Source: Azolla caroliniana
Lineage: Eukaryota; Plantae; Polypodiophyta
DNA length: 64,000 nucleotides
Direction of reading: 5' to 3'
Assembly (NCBI GenBank): GCA_043228905.1
Contig: JBHGNT010000003.1
Coordinates: 15,252,001-15,316,000, forward strand
Below are positions 13,501 to 24,986 of this stretch, piece after piece. Every line of letters starts with the position of its first letter. The stretch's first letter is position 1. The position numbers were made by a program, and so were the translations under genes. The notes beneath the pieces are model-generated. The model saw only the letters and a list, made by a program, of their open reading frames with translations. It was not told the DNA's origin and did not search any database.

Positions 13501-15499
13501 TGATGTCATCTCCTAGGGGATTAACGCGTAGGATGCCGCACCGCCATATCCTCAATGCTTTCCTCGTTCCCCCGAATCTTGTACCCCTTTCAAGCCCTTG
13601 GGGGGTACAATCAGTCGTCCGCGAGACAGGCCACATGTCATCATAAAATCTCTTGTCCGATTGCACTACTGGGTATGGTCGCCCATAAGCAGACGAATTT
13701 CGTTGCAACTCCTGTACTGCCGACGAAGCCAAGCCTCATTTTAGACATTTGGCTCCATGCTCCGAACGAGTTCTAGGATCAATACATCCAACATGAGGAT
13801 GTGGTCGTAGTATAATGGTGAGTATTTTGGCTTGTCACGCGGTTGACAGGGCTTCGATACCCAGCAACGGCGTGGAGGGCGGGGCGACATTCAGGTCCAT
13901 GCTCCAAATGAGTTGTACGATCGATACTTCCAACATGAGGATGTGGTTGTAGTATAGTAGTGAGTATTCTCGCTTGTCACGCTCTTGACAGGGGTTCGAT
14001 CCCCGGCAATGGGGTGAAGGGCATGGAGAATCCGATTTTATCTCTTACGGCATTGCCGCCTAGGATCCCGCACCGCCATATCTTGAATGCTTTCCTCGTT
14101 CCCCCGAATCCTGTACCATTTTTGACCCCTTGGGGGGTACAATCAGTCGTCCGCGAGGTAGGGCGCATATCCTCATAAAACCTCTAGTTCGACTGCACTA
14201 CTGGGTATTGTCGCTCATAATCGAATGAAATTCGTTGCAACTCCTGTACTGTCGACGAAGGCAGCCCAGTTGTCAGCGAGGTAGGTCGCATATTATCATA
14301 CAACCTCTTGTCCACCTGCAATACTGGGTATTGTCGTCCATAATCAAACGGATTTCATTGCAACCCCTGTATTGCTGATGAAGTCGGGCCTCGTTTTCGA
14401 CATTCGGGTACATGCTCCGAACGAGTTGTACGATCGATACTTCCAAGACTACAATTTCATTGTAGTAAAGTGGTGAGTATTCCCGCCTGTCGCACGGGAG
14501 ACACAGCTTCGATCCCCAGGAATGTCGTGACGAGCGGAGCGAATCCGAGGTCATCTCCTAGGGCCATACTACCTAGCATCCTGCACCGCCATATCCTCAA
14601 TGCTTTACTTGTTCCCCTGAATCCTGTACCCCTTTCCAGGCCTGGAGGGGTACAATCCGTCATCCGCGAGGCAAGGCGCATGTCATCATAAAATCTCTCG
14701 TCTAACTGCACTACTGGGTATTGTCGCCCATAAATGGACAAATTTTGTTGCAACAGCGCGAAGGGCGGGGCGAATCCGATGTTATTTCGTAGGGCATTGC
14801 CGCCTAGGATCCCGCACTTTCACATCCTCAATTCTTTCCTCGTTCCCCTGGATCCTCTACCCCTATCAAGCCCTTGGGGGGTACAGTCAGTCGTCTGCAA
14901 AGGAGAGCGCATGTCATCATATGATCTATCGTCCGACTGCACTCCTCGGTATTGCCGCCCATAAGCGGATGAATTTCGTTGCAACCCTTGTACTGTCGAC
15001 GAAGCCGGGCCTCGTTTTCGACATTCGGGTCTATGCTGCGAACCAGTTGTACGATCGATAATTCCAACATGAGGATGTCATTGTGGTATAGTGGTGACTA
15101 TTCCACCTATCACGCGGCCCGGTAACGGCGCAAAGGGCATGGCGAATCCGATGTCATCTCCTAGGGCGTGGCCACCTAGGATCCTGCACAGACATATCCT
15201 CAATTCTTTCCTCGTTACGCTGGATCCTCTACCCCTTTCAAACTCTTGCGGGGTACAGTCGGTCGTCCGCGAGGAAGGGCACATGTCATCATATGATCTC
15301 TTGTCTGAGTGCATTGTTGGGTATTGCCGCCCATAAGCGGACGAATTTCGTTGCAACCTGTGAACTACCGACGAAGCCAGGCATCCTTTTCTAAATTCGG
15401 GTCCATGCTCCGAACGAGTTGTACGATCATTAGTTCCAACATGAGGATGTCGTTGTAGTATAGTTGTGAGTATTCCCACTTGTCACGTAGGTAACCCGG
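7560..15499 (+). repeat. tRNA-Asp-containing satellite, block 2 (~20 tRNA copies)
   Basis: tRNA starts at e.g. 7623, 8107, 8473, 8863, 9253, 9950, 10339, 13023, 13411, 13801. Full units are spaced 388-390 bp; many units carry internal deletions or duplications. Confidence 0.95.
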
Positions 15500-15613
15500 T
15501 GTCGCGTTATTACGCGCGTGCGTGTAGAAGTGGTGGGACCACGGGGGTCTCGGATGAGGGAGAAGTGGGATGCCAAGAAGACCGACACCGGACACGACCC
15601 GGATGCAATTGAA

Positions 15614-15660
<47 letters not shown>

Positions 15661-16356
15661 AAGGAGAGGGAGAGTGTGCGCGCCACACCGACTCTTATGC
15701 ACAAGAAGGAAGGGGGTTGTGCTTCCGACACCACCAAATACACCAAATACACCAACTTACAAGGAAAAGAATACATCCCCTACTTCGAGCCGGACCAAGG
15801 TAGGGCAAGTTACAACAACAGTCTGCCGCCAAGCCACCGAGCAGGGTCTTGCACAAGAGACCGAGCAGAAGCAAACCCTAACAGACACGAACTCTCAACC
15901 CACACAACTAAGAAGAAGAAGAAGAAGAAGAAGAAACTACCTAACCCTAAATCTAATGGTATACCCTCTAACACGAAATGGGCAACCCCTCTACAAGGGA
16001 CCATCCCTTCCTTTTATAGAACAGGGAGAGGGATGCGTTACAATGTGGGATAAATCCCGACTTACATGGGATTCTCTGTCTCGACTTGAATTCTACTATT
16101 CACACGTTTACGCAAGGGTCAGTACACATGATGAACTCCACCGATTCTCCTGATATTCTCTGATTCTGCCTAGAGATGGTTTTCTCCACGACATCCATCC
16201 CCAGCTAACCACGCATCCACCGGTATGCGCCAAACTAGACTCTTGCCGGAGAGGATCGGCCCACGCTTAGCCTTGGTTCTCTGGATCGCCATTCGCTCTG
16301 AACTGGTCGTCCTCGCTATCCAAGTCGCCCGGGTCTGGTTCATCCTCGTGCCGCTT
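15500..16356 (-). mobile_element. 3' end of a Ty3/gypsy element related to the family at 51936-62219 (3' LTR 15500-16193, PPT, integrase tail); copy A
   Basis: TGTCG...CGACA termini. Sequence next to the LTR matches the PPT region at 58979-59019 in reverse. KRHEDEPD matches the integrase end KRHDNEPD. Inserted inside a tRNA-Asp copy after CCGG. Contains (GA)n and (AAG)n runs. Confidence 0.8.
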
Positions 16357-16641
16357 GCCTCTCCGTAGGCTCATTCGACCCGTCAATAGGTCGTTCACCG
16401 CAACCCCGTAGCACGCATGGCCCATTGTTGTCCCTTCACTCAGCCGTATGCATGCTCCGCTCTCCGTCGTACATCTAGAGTTCTACGCTTGAGGAACACC
16501 CGTCGTGGCCCGCTTGCCCAAGTCAATCGTCCGCATGATCCCGGTTGCCGTCCCGTGGGGTCGCCCTTCGTCTTCGTCCCCTCGCCGCCTCCTTCCTTCT
16601 CCTTGGCCTTACATTGCCACATTGGCTCGGTATTAGAGACA

Positions 16642-17860
16642 TGTACTAAAGTAAGCATTAGATAAGGATAGATCTAGGTAAATAGAAAGAAAGGAGAGAG
16701 AAAGAAGGGTGCCGATCGACTCGACCACCCCCGAGCGAAGAGATCGAGACGGACTCGAGCCTCGATCGGCGTCCCATACCACCTCTGTGGCGTCGAGTCA
16801 TACCTGGTGGTGGCACGCTCGCTACAAGAGTTGACCCACCACAAGACAGAGTCTCGACATAGTCAACAAGATGATGAAATGAGGGTAGCTAGGCCTCTAT
16901 TTATAGTAATACCGAAGGCCCCCAGCCATGTTCACACTTGGCCTAATGGGTTGTCTCAATCCCGAGGAAAAAGTAATCCTCCCCTTCCTTACACTCTCGT
17001 TTTACCCTCACACTTATCCACGTGTATAGAATACTACGGTAAATTCTCACCACGGGATATTATATGGTCATGCCCGTAACATACTCCCCCCCTCTTTAAA
17101 ACATTGCACTCTTGCAATGGAAAGTTAGGGATGTTCGTTCTGAGAGTATTAACCAGTTTTCCCCTTCTAGACCCGATTTTTGGTTTTGGGTTCTAGCATG
17201 GTGGACATAGTCTTCTAGCGAGGAAAATTTCCGACTAGAGAGGTTCATTAAAGCTTGTGTTGCCTCGGTTCAAGAGGGAGGGTGCAGAAATTGGCCCTTG
17301 AAAACTGTGACAAAATCTGTCCAAGTATCGGGCAATTTCCCCAAAGTACGGAGCCCATGCCACCAGGCGGCGGCCTTACCCCCTAGTTCTCGGCTGACAT
17401 ATGCAATCTTCGTACTATCTGGCGTGGGACAGAGCTCAAAATGAGACTCCCATCGGCCCAGCCACGTGCAGATTGCTTCTTCGGTTCTTTTCTTTTTGTC
17501 TCCCGTAAATGGCTTAACGACAAACAATGGTTCACCCTATCGATCATCAGGTCTATTAGTCTCACGTTGTAGACTAATGACACGTGCCTCGAGAGCACTT
17601 TGAGATTGCCGAAGTTCGGTCATCTCTTGAGCGGTGAAACTAAGGTATTGGGTTATTTGCAAAAAATACATCTCAATGGACATTTGTCTAGGAGGATTCC
17701 CTTGAGTTCCTTCCGCTTGAGCGGATAACATCAGGTCGGTATTGTGAGCCATTAAATGATTATTTCTAGAATAGAAATAGGATAAGGTCAGAGAGAGAGT
17801 CATAACATCATGTCGTGATGTAAACATATCATGGGTGAACATTAATCGATATCATTATCT
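16642..17860 (-). mobile_element. gag-only LTR element remnant (3' LTR ~16642-17081, PPT 17082-17097, gag fragments); copy A
   Basis: PPT AAAGAGGGGGGGAGTA abuts the LTR end TGTTACG. TATAAATA lies on the - strand near 16900. The left LTR boundary is uncertain. Confidence 0.6.
17270..17842 (-). pseudogene. Retrotransposon gag (capsid) fragment, frameshifted
   Basis: WLGRWESHF...KIAYVSRELGGKAAAWW...TWTDFVTVFKGQFL fits the Retrotrans_gag pattern. The upstream coiled-coil-like ORF 17537-17842 is separated from it by a stop. Confidence 0.75.
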
Positions 17861-18335
17861 CATGTCAATACCCCTCTAGACATATGAGATGAGGTTCAAG
17901 ATCAGGTTACTACGATAACACAAAGGTGTTTTAAAAACCATGGGGGTACCAAATAAATGTCTTTCCCTGATCTCTATATCGATTTTTTTCATGGTGGCTC
18001 CGGCTCAACCATGTCTGTTCGCGTCATGAATAGTTTATACACGAAAAAAAGGTTAACAATAAACTATGTTTCTATGCCCACATATGTAGTTTCGGCTCTT
18101 TAAGTCCTATTACGAGGACCCCGAAGTGCACTTAGACCTCAAGTCTAAACATGTGTTATAGTCATATGTATCAATGATGTTGTATGGTCTTGGTCATATT
18201 TGATCTCGAGACCTCGAGAACAAATGCATTAAACACTTGATCCAACCAAGTAGGTTGCTCTTCTTGAATGTTTAATGTTCCATGCGTATAAGAGATATGC
18301 GAGGCATTTGCCCATATATGTTGTTATAAGAGAAA

Positions 18336-19064
18336 TGTTGGGAGATAGGTCCGTCCGGATGGTGCAGACCTGGTGAAGACCGGATGAGGAGTACCCGGTT
18401 ACGGAGATCCGGATGGTGCAGACCCGGTGAAGACCGGATGAGGAGTACCCGGCTACGGAGAGCCGGATGGTGCAGAGCCGGTGAAAACCGGATGAGGAGT
18501 ACCCGGTTACGGAGAGCTAGATGGTGCAGACCTGGTGAAGACCGGATGAGGAGTACCCGGCTACGGAGAGTCGGATGGTGCAAACCCGGTGAAGAAGTGC
18601 TCACCGGATGAAGAGACATATTCGTAAATATGTTTCTGAGAGCCCATCATGGCTATATTTGTAAATAGAAGAAAAGTCATATTAGTATAAATATGACTTA
18701 GGGCAAACTTTTAGTTGGTTTGTTGTCATATTCTTGTTGGTGCAAGAAAAGAGAGAGTGTGTAACTGTACAGAGAGTGAGAGAGAGAAAGAGGTCGTTGC
18801 CTCTGTTGTAACCGCCGCCTGTGGCGAAGATCTGTGAGCATGAGGTCATTGCCTCAGTGAACTCACTGTTGTACATTCTTACATAGTGACAGTTTGCAGC
18901 CTGTGGGCTGCCGTGGTTTTTTCCCCTAGTTTGGGGTTTTCCACGTAAACCTCCTGTGTACCCTCCTCTTCTTTGTGTCGTGTTTTATTTCCCGTTTTCT
19001 GTGTATGATTATAAACTCGGTTGTGGCCGAGAGTTGTGGAGAAGGAGCGTTGCAGTTCCCATCA
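18336..19064 (+). mobile_element. Solo copia LTR; copy A
   Basis: TG...CA ends, TSD AGAAA at 18331-18335 and 19065-19069. Similar to the reverse complement of the LTR at 6885-7559. Confidence 0.9.
18355..18610 (+). repeat. 54-bp tandem repeat (~4.5 copies) in the U3 of the solo LTR
   Basis: Unit CCGGATGGTGCAGACCYGGTGAAGACCGGATGAGGAGTACCCGGYTACGGAGAN. Confidence 0.93.
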
Positions 19065-20259
19065 AGAAACATATATGTCAGGAGTCCTTATTTCGCCCTC
19101 ATTTACTACAACTATGTTGGTACGTTACCTAACCTCAAGTCTCATAATTATGATGGCATACGCCAAAGTGCAACCTAATGGTCAAGCCAAATGAGCCCAT
19201 TTTTCGTAGTAGGCCCACGTGGCCCATCACATGGTCACATCATTACGAATGCCTCTCGTAAGAATGATCTCATGGTGGCATCGTATCCTTGTAATGAGGG
19301 AGGGATGTTGGATACGTGTGTCATAAGAGTGACCTCACATGAAGTGGGTCAAACCCTACGTACTCAACATCATTATGGCTATTGGCATTTCTTTACGTAA
19401 TGAAATATCGAAGTCACCAACGGGGATTTCAACAATAAAAAACTTGTTGAAAAAGGGGTAACCTCTAGACGTATGAGATGAGGTTCAAGATCAGGTTACT
19501 AAAAGGGATATGTGGAAGACTGGAGGGCGGCCAAGACGATATACAACATCACTTATCTTACCAGTGATCATGTATGGGCCAAAACGTTGGTAATTCAATT
19601 TATCAGAAGGCCGAGTAGTCTTGATGTTGTGTTGGAGAATCCATACACGATCCCCAACACAGAATTTTTTGGAGGAATCTAGGCAATGGTGATCTGCAAG
19701 CCTCTTGTGTGTAACTTGTGCATCATGTAAATTGTGAAGAATAGCAGTGTGAATCTCTTGGAGGCGACTAAGATGATCCGCAACAGCAGGGTTGATAGGC
19801 ACTTGTGGATGCGCTGTCAGGAATAGTACTAAAACAGAGATGGAATTAGTACTAAGAAGAGTAGTACTATTAGTACTAAGAGGACGGGACTGCGTAAGAT
19901 TCCCGAGAGAGAGAGAGGAAGTGAGAAGAGGAGAGAGAGAGGGAAATAGGATGATGACAGCAGCTCTTATATTATATGAAAAGATAAGTACAAATCGACT
20001 AAGAGGCTTAAGACTGGTGTTGAACCAATTTGGTTCAACATAATGCTTAATGCCTTCTTTTATAGTGTTCTCAGGAATAATCCTGAAGCTTCTAGAATGT
20101 TCCAGAGAAATCTGGAATATACATTACTTTCTTATAATAAAACATAAATGAAAATAATATTCTATGAATTACAATAGATGGTGAGATGGTTAAGAGCTCG
20201 ACCCATATACCATAAGGTCATGGGTTCGAGTCTTGCCATCTCATGACACTATCTCCCCC

Positions 20260-23200
20260 TTAAAGACGACGAGTGGAACGAGTCGGCGCTAACTGCGGAC
20301 CGGGTTTGTCCGGATACTTTCGGTGGAAATCAGCAAGAAGATCTTGTGCATTGGCAACATTCTCGACGGGTTCCCAAGTACGTTCGCTCGGACTATAACC
20401 GAGCCAATCGACCAAGTAATAGAGTTTGTTGCGAACAAGTTTGGAATCGAGGATGGCAGCAACTTCATACTCCGGGCCGGCGTCCAACTCCAGTGGGGGC
20501 GGCGGTGGTGTCACACGATCGGGAATGGTGTTTGCTTTATAAGGTTCAAGAAGAGAACAATGGAAAACCGGATGTATCTGAAGCTGCGGAGGGAGATCAA
20601 GGCGGAAGGTGACATCATTAATCTTCCCCGTAATACGGAAAGGACCCAGTCGTCGATAATCCAACTTGTCGCACGGTCGAGTAGTCTTGATGTGACGACG
20701 TAAGAGCCATACTCGATCTCCGATGGCAAAAGAGGAGGGAATCCGATGACGATCCGCATAAGTCTTCTGTGTGTGTTGAGCATGACGAAGGTGAGTAGAG
20801 AGATCCATCTGGATCTTGCGTAGCCTCTCCAAATGATCCTCGGCACGAGGGTTGGTAGGTAGCTCCGGAGTGTCGATCACCGACCAGCGAGGATGGAAAC
20901 CGGTATAAGCGAAAAATGGGGAGACCCGAGTCGAGGAGTGAATAGCATTATTATACGCAAACTCCGCAAAGTGGAGAATCTCGGCCCAATCGTCCTGTTG
21001 ATAACTCAGGAAACACCGGAGATATTGCTCCAGCGTTTGGTTTGTTCGTTCCGCCTGTCCGTCGGTCTGAGGATGGTAGCCGGAGGAGAGGTTGCAGGAG
21101 ACCTTGAGCATCTTGAAGAGATGCTGCCAAAATTTGGAGACAAATTGCGGGCCTCGGTCACTGATAATACTGTCTGGGAGGCCATGATGCCGAAAAACCT
21201 CACGCATAACAAGAGCGGCGGTTTCCTCGCTAGTGATGGCTTTAGTACATGGCACAAAATGTGCCATCTTCGTATATCGATCGACGACGGTTAGGATAGC
21301 ATCGAACCCTTTCGAGACCGGCAGATCTGTGATAAAATCAAGACAAATAGACTGCCATGGCTTACTTGGAATTGGTAAAGGTTCCAACAAGCCATATGGA
21401 TGGTGTCGTGGCATCTTTGCTCGGCAGCAAGCATCACAGGTCCGAACGTAGTCGTCGACAAAACGGCGCATGTGGGGCCACCAAAAAGATCGCTGCACTA
21501 GCTCCAACGTCTTAGTACTACCGAAATGTCCCGCCGTATGGGTGTCGTGACAATGTTGGACAATTTGAAGGCGACAGGAGCAATCGGGGACATATACGCG
21601 CTTTTTAAAGAATAACAAACCATCATGATATTCGAATTGTCGGTAGTCAATACCTGGTTGTTGAGACTGAGAACAGGATGCCCGAGAAGTATCAATGTGC
21701 GCCAGGATGTCTTGAGCAAAACTATCCGTCTTCAAGGTTGCACGTATGTCATCGGTAATCCGTGAATCCATCGGGGTGTGAAAAATCCGCGTCGTGTGCA
21801 ATCGTGTTGGTCCCAAGATTACTTGCTTTTGATTATCAAATGTTGCTTCACCAGGACGAGGTGCAAGATATGAACGTCGTGATAGTGCATCTGCTTTTCC
21901 TTGCTGCTTCCCCGGTCGATATGTGATTTTGAAGTCGAAACGCGTGAGGAATTGCGCCCACCGAGCTTGCCGTCGATTTAGTACGCGAGCGTTCTGAAAA
22001 TAAGCAAGATTTTTATGATCGCTGAAGACAATGACCTGATGTGGAGAGCCCTCTAAGAAATGCCGCCATTGTACAAATGAATCCACGATGGCTAATAACT
22101 CCTTGTCATGTATTTCGTAGTTGATTTCTGCGACATCGAATTTGCGCGAATGGAAAGCCACCGGATGCAACTCTTCTTTATCACCTTGTTGAGAAAGGAT
22201 GCTACCGAGGGCGAAATCTGATGCGTCGGCCTCCATGATGAATGGTTTGCTTGTATCCACATGAGCTAGAATCGGTGCTGATGTAAAGGCTTTCTTAAGA
22301 TGCCGAAAAGCCATATCTGCTTCAATGGACCAAAGAAATGCTTGGCCCTTCTTCGTAAGTTGTGTGAGAGGTAAAATAATCTTCGAGTAATCCTGTATAA
22401 ACTTACGGTAGAAGTTAGCAAAACCTAGAAAACATTGTACATCTCGTACCGACCGTGGAATTTGCCACTCTAGTACAGTTTGGATCTTAGCTGGATCCAT
22501 GGCGATGCCCTTTGAGGAGATGACGTAGCCTAGAAATTCCACTTGCTTGCAGTCAAAGCTACATTTTTCTAGCTTGGCATAAAGACCATTCTCGCGGAGT
22601 CGCTTTAGTACTAATAGTACATGAGAGTCGTGCTCTTCCTGGGTCTTCGAATAAATCAACAGATCATCCAGATAAATGATCAAACAGATATCCAAGAGGT
22701 CTCTGAATATATCATTTGCCATGTGTTGGAAGACTGCGGGTGCATTGGTTAGGCCAAACGGCATAACAGTATACTCAAAATGCCCATACCGCGTGCGAAA
22801 AGCGGTCTTCCACTCATCTCCCGGTCGGATCCGCACGAGATTATACGCTCCGCGTAGGTCGATTTTAGTAAAAAACTTGGCACCATTAACTCGCTCTAAA
22901 AGACTTGATATAAGAGGAAGTGCATACCTATTCCGGATGGTGACTTTATTTAATCCGCGGTAATCAACGACAAGACGAAGTGAGCCATCTTTCTTCTTGA
23001 CAAAGAAGATGGGTGCACCGGCCGGAGATTTCGAATGACGGATGAACCCGCTTGCCAAGTTCTCCTCTATGTAGGCTCGAAGGACTTCTAACTCGGTGGG
23101 TGACAGGTTGTAAATTGGTCCCCATGGTGGCTCGGTTCCTGGTTGTAAATCGATGGGACAGTCATAGGGACGGTGATGAGGAAGGGTACCGGCTTTTACC

Positions 23201-23832
23201 TTGTCAAATACATCGGCATAAGGATGATATTTTGCCGGAAGTTGTACTGAGGAGTCCTTCTTAATAGTGCTGGAAGGATGTACTGATATGGAAAATAGGA
23301 ACATTGCCTCCTTGGGTCCTTCTTCGCGTAGTTGATGGAGTGAAATGGTCGAAACTCGGCGAGTTGATTCTTGGGGTGGTCGATATCGGACTTCTCTTGT
23401 TCTCCAATCTATGGATGGATTATGTAACTCAAGCCAAGGTAATCCTAGGACAATGGGATGCTCTGGACTACTAATTATATTAAATGATATTATACACACA
23501 AAACTACCTAGGACAACTTGAATGGGTTCTGATTCTTCTACAATATTCCCGGAAGCAATGGGACGACCATCAATGACCACTACAGATGCGGGACAAGGAA
23601 GTTTTCTTAAGGATATCTGAGAAGCTTGGGCAAAATTTCGATCCATGAAACAGGAATTAGCTCCGGAATCTAAAAGTGCTAGGACGGGTACTGGGGGAGT
23701 ACTTTTAGTACTAACAATGACTTGGGCTAGGAACACATTGCTAACTTGCTTGGAAGGAATGGAACCACTAATGGGCTGTACAGATCTAGGGCTGCTGTCC
23801 AACCAAATGGCTCCTATTTTGGCTGGACTCAA
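20260..23832 (-). CDS. pol: Pol polyprotein (PR-RT-RH-IN-chromodomain), probably expressed by -1 frameshift from gag
   Basis: Uninterrupted 1190-aa ORF with LLDSGA, MPFGLTNAP, YLDD, EADASDFA, the HHCC motif, SDRGPQF, QTDGQAER, GPF and a C-terminal YEVAAILD...YLVDWLGY...TWEP chromodomain. The TTG start is probably not used. Confidence 0.96.
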   Translation of the reverse strand: MSPAKIGAIWLDSSPRSVQPISGSIPSKQVSNVFLAQVIVSTKSTPPVPVLALLDSGANSCFMDRNFAQASQISLRKLPCPASVVVIDGRPIASGNIVEESEPIQVVLGSFVCIISFNIISSPEHPIVLGLPWLELHNPSIDWRTREVRYRPPQESTRRVSTISLHQLREEGPKEAMFLFSISVHPSSTIKKDSSVQLPAKYHPYADVFDKVKAGTLPHHRPYDCPIDLQPGTEPPWGPIYNLSPTELEVLRAYIEENLASGFIRHSKSPAGAPIFFVKKKDGSLRLVVDYRGLNKVTIRNRYALPLISSLLERVNGAKFFTKIDLRGAYNLVRIRPGDEWKTAFRTRYGHFEYTVMPFGLTNAPAVFQHMANDIFRDLLDICLIIYLDDLLIYSKTQEEHDSHVLLVLKRLRENGLYAKLEKCSFDCKQVEFLGYVISSKGIAMDPAKIQTVLEWQIPRSVRDVQCFLGFANFYRKFIQDYSKIILPLTQLTKKGQAFLWSIEADMAFRHLKKAFTSAPILAHVDTSKPFIMEADASDFALGSILSQQGDKEELHPVAFHSRKFDVAEINYEIHDKELLAIVDSFVQWRHFLEGSPHQVIVFSDHKNLAYFQNARVLNRRQARWAQFLTRFDFKITYRPGKQQGKADALSRRSYLAPRPGEATFDNQKQVILGPTRLHTTRIFHTPMDSRITDDIRATLKTDSFAQDILAHIDTSRASCSQSQQPGIDYRQFEYHDGLLFFKKRVYVPDCSCRLQIVQHCHDTHTAGHFGSTKTLELVQRSFWWPHMRRFVDDYVRTCDACCRAKMPRHHPYGLLEPLPIPSKPWQSICLDFITDLPVSKGFDAILTVVDRYTKMAHFVPCTKAITSEETAALVMREVFRHHGLPDSIISDRGPQFVSKFWQHLFKMLKVSCNLSSGYHPQTDGQAERTNQTLEQYLRCFLSYQQDDWAEILHFAEFAYNNAIHSSTRVSPFFAYTGFHPRWSVIDTPELPTNPRAEDHLERLRKIQMDLSTHLRHAQHTQKTYADRHRIPSSFAIGDRVWLLRRHIKTTRPCDKLDYRRLGPFRITGKINDVTFRLDLPPQLQIHPVFHCSLLEPYKANTIPDRVTPPPPPLELDAGPEYEVAAILDSKLVRNKLYYLVDWLGYSPSERTWEPVENVANAQDLLADFHRKYPDKPGPQLAPTRSTRRL

Positions 23833-23841
23833 TCGTTTAAC
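23786..23841 (-). promoter_or_regulatory. -1 ribosomal frameshift signal (G_UUA_AAC plus H-type pseudoknot)
   Basis: The heptamer is in the gag frame 3 nt before the stop codon and pol is in the -1 frame. After a 6-nt spacer comes stem GUCCAGCCAAA/UUUGGUUGGAC, whose loop UAGG can pair with a downstream CCUA. Confidence 0.8.
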
Positions 23842-24986
23842 TCTTCATCTAATTGACTAAGGATTTCAAATTTATTTGAGATACTTGGGCTATTAGTACT
23901 ATGAATACTATCTGACACTCTATTAGTACTATTACTACTATCAGACACTCCGAAGGGAAGAATTGACTCAGGTTTAGTACAGGCGACAATTTGATTTACC
24001 TGTCTTCTTGGCCTATGGGGACAATTGATGGCGATATGTCCTGGTCCACCGCAATAAAGGCATAATCGATTGGCACGTCGTCGTTGCTTTTCTTCTTCCG
24101 ATAACGGGCCGCGTCGACGCATGGTATCGATCTCCATCGGTGTCGAAGTATTTGCTTGAGGTATGTCTCGTGCAAACGGTTTAGCCGCGACTGCGGCGTA
24201 AGTGGGCTCTGGCCTAGAGCGTGGTATCTGTAATTGACGTTCTGAACGCCGTTCAAAAAGGCGGTTGTCACATCGAACTGCTCGACTGATTGCCTCCGTA
24301 AGAGACTTTGGTTCTTCGGGGAAAGTTAGAAGTAGATCTTTGACATCGTTTCGCAAGCCATAGCGAAACTGCTCCATTAGTGCTTGATCATCCCAGGGTA
24401 TATCTGAAGCAAGTAGGCGGAAATCCGCCGCGTAGGCAGAGGCTGGACGATCGCCTTGACGCAATCGCCGGATCTTGTTGATCGCCGTCCTGATGCTGTC
24501 GGTGTCTCCAAAGCAGGCTTTAAACTCACCAATAAAATCTTCAAAGTTATTAAGCAAGGGCGATTGTTTTTCTAGAAGCGGAGCGAACCATGCCAAGGCT
24601 GAGCCGCTAAGTAGCGTGCCTATTAGGCCGACTCGAGATGCATCAGTGGGATATCGGGAAGGATGCATCTGGATGACTAAGCGTACCTGATTAAGGAATC
24701 CCCGAAATTGCGAACGCGTTCCATCAAATTTCACAGGAAGTCCAATCTTGGGCTCTTTATGAAATCCTTGGGGACTGGATCCTTGTTGTTGCAACGCTGC
24801 TTCGAGTTGTTGTACCCGTAACGCTAACTCCCCATGTTGTTGTTGCGTTTGTTGTTTTTCTAGAGCGATTTGTTGCAGATCCCCTATCAGCCGTTGGTTT
24901 TCTTGTTCCAAGGCAACAAACTTTTCTTTTAGGCACTGTAGCTCGGAGAAAACGGATGGGTATTCTTGGGCACTAACAGTAGCCAT
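23829..24986 (-). CDS. gag: Gag protein
   Basis: 385 aa from ATG: coiled coil, KFDGTR..FRGF, LRQG...YAADF capsid motif, PMEID, CLYCGGPGHIAINC zinc knuckle. Confidence 0.95.
   Translation of the reverse strand: MATVSAQEYPSVFSELQCLKEKFVALEQENQRLIGDLQQIALEKQQTQQQHGELALRVQQLEAALQQQGSSPQGFHKEPKIGLPVKFDGTRSQFRGFLNQVRLVIQMHPSRYPTDASRVGLIGTLLSGSALAWFAPLLEKQSPLLNNFEDFIGEFKACFGDTDSIRTAINKIRRLRQGDRPASAYAADFRLLASDIPWDDQALMEQFRYGLRNDVKDLLLTFPEEPKSLTEAISRAVRCDNRLFERRSERQLQIPRSRPEPTYAAVAAKPFARDIPQANTSTPMEIDTMRRRGPLSEEEKQRRRANRLCLYCGGPGHIAINCPHRPRRQVNQIVACTKPESILPFGVSDSSNSTNRVSDSIHSTNSPSISNKFEILSQLDEELND

Noticed and set aside
7560-15499. CRISPR-like array
   Set aside because: The whole ~390-bp unit is repeated, there are no unique spacers or cas genes, and the context is eukaryotic.
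15518-16153. 211-aa ORF with ERERER and poly-Arg tracts
   Set aside because: It arises from (GA)n and (AAG)n microsatellites in an LTR, and the paralog at 45742-46451 breaks the frame.
20176-20241. Functional tRNA gene in the chromovirus LTR
   Set aside because: There is no canonical D stem or anticodon stem, so it is reported only as an A/B-box cassette.
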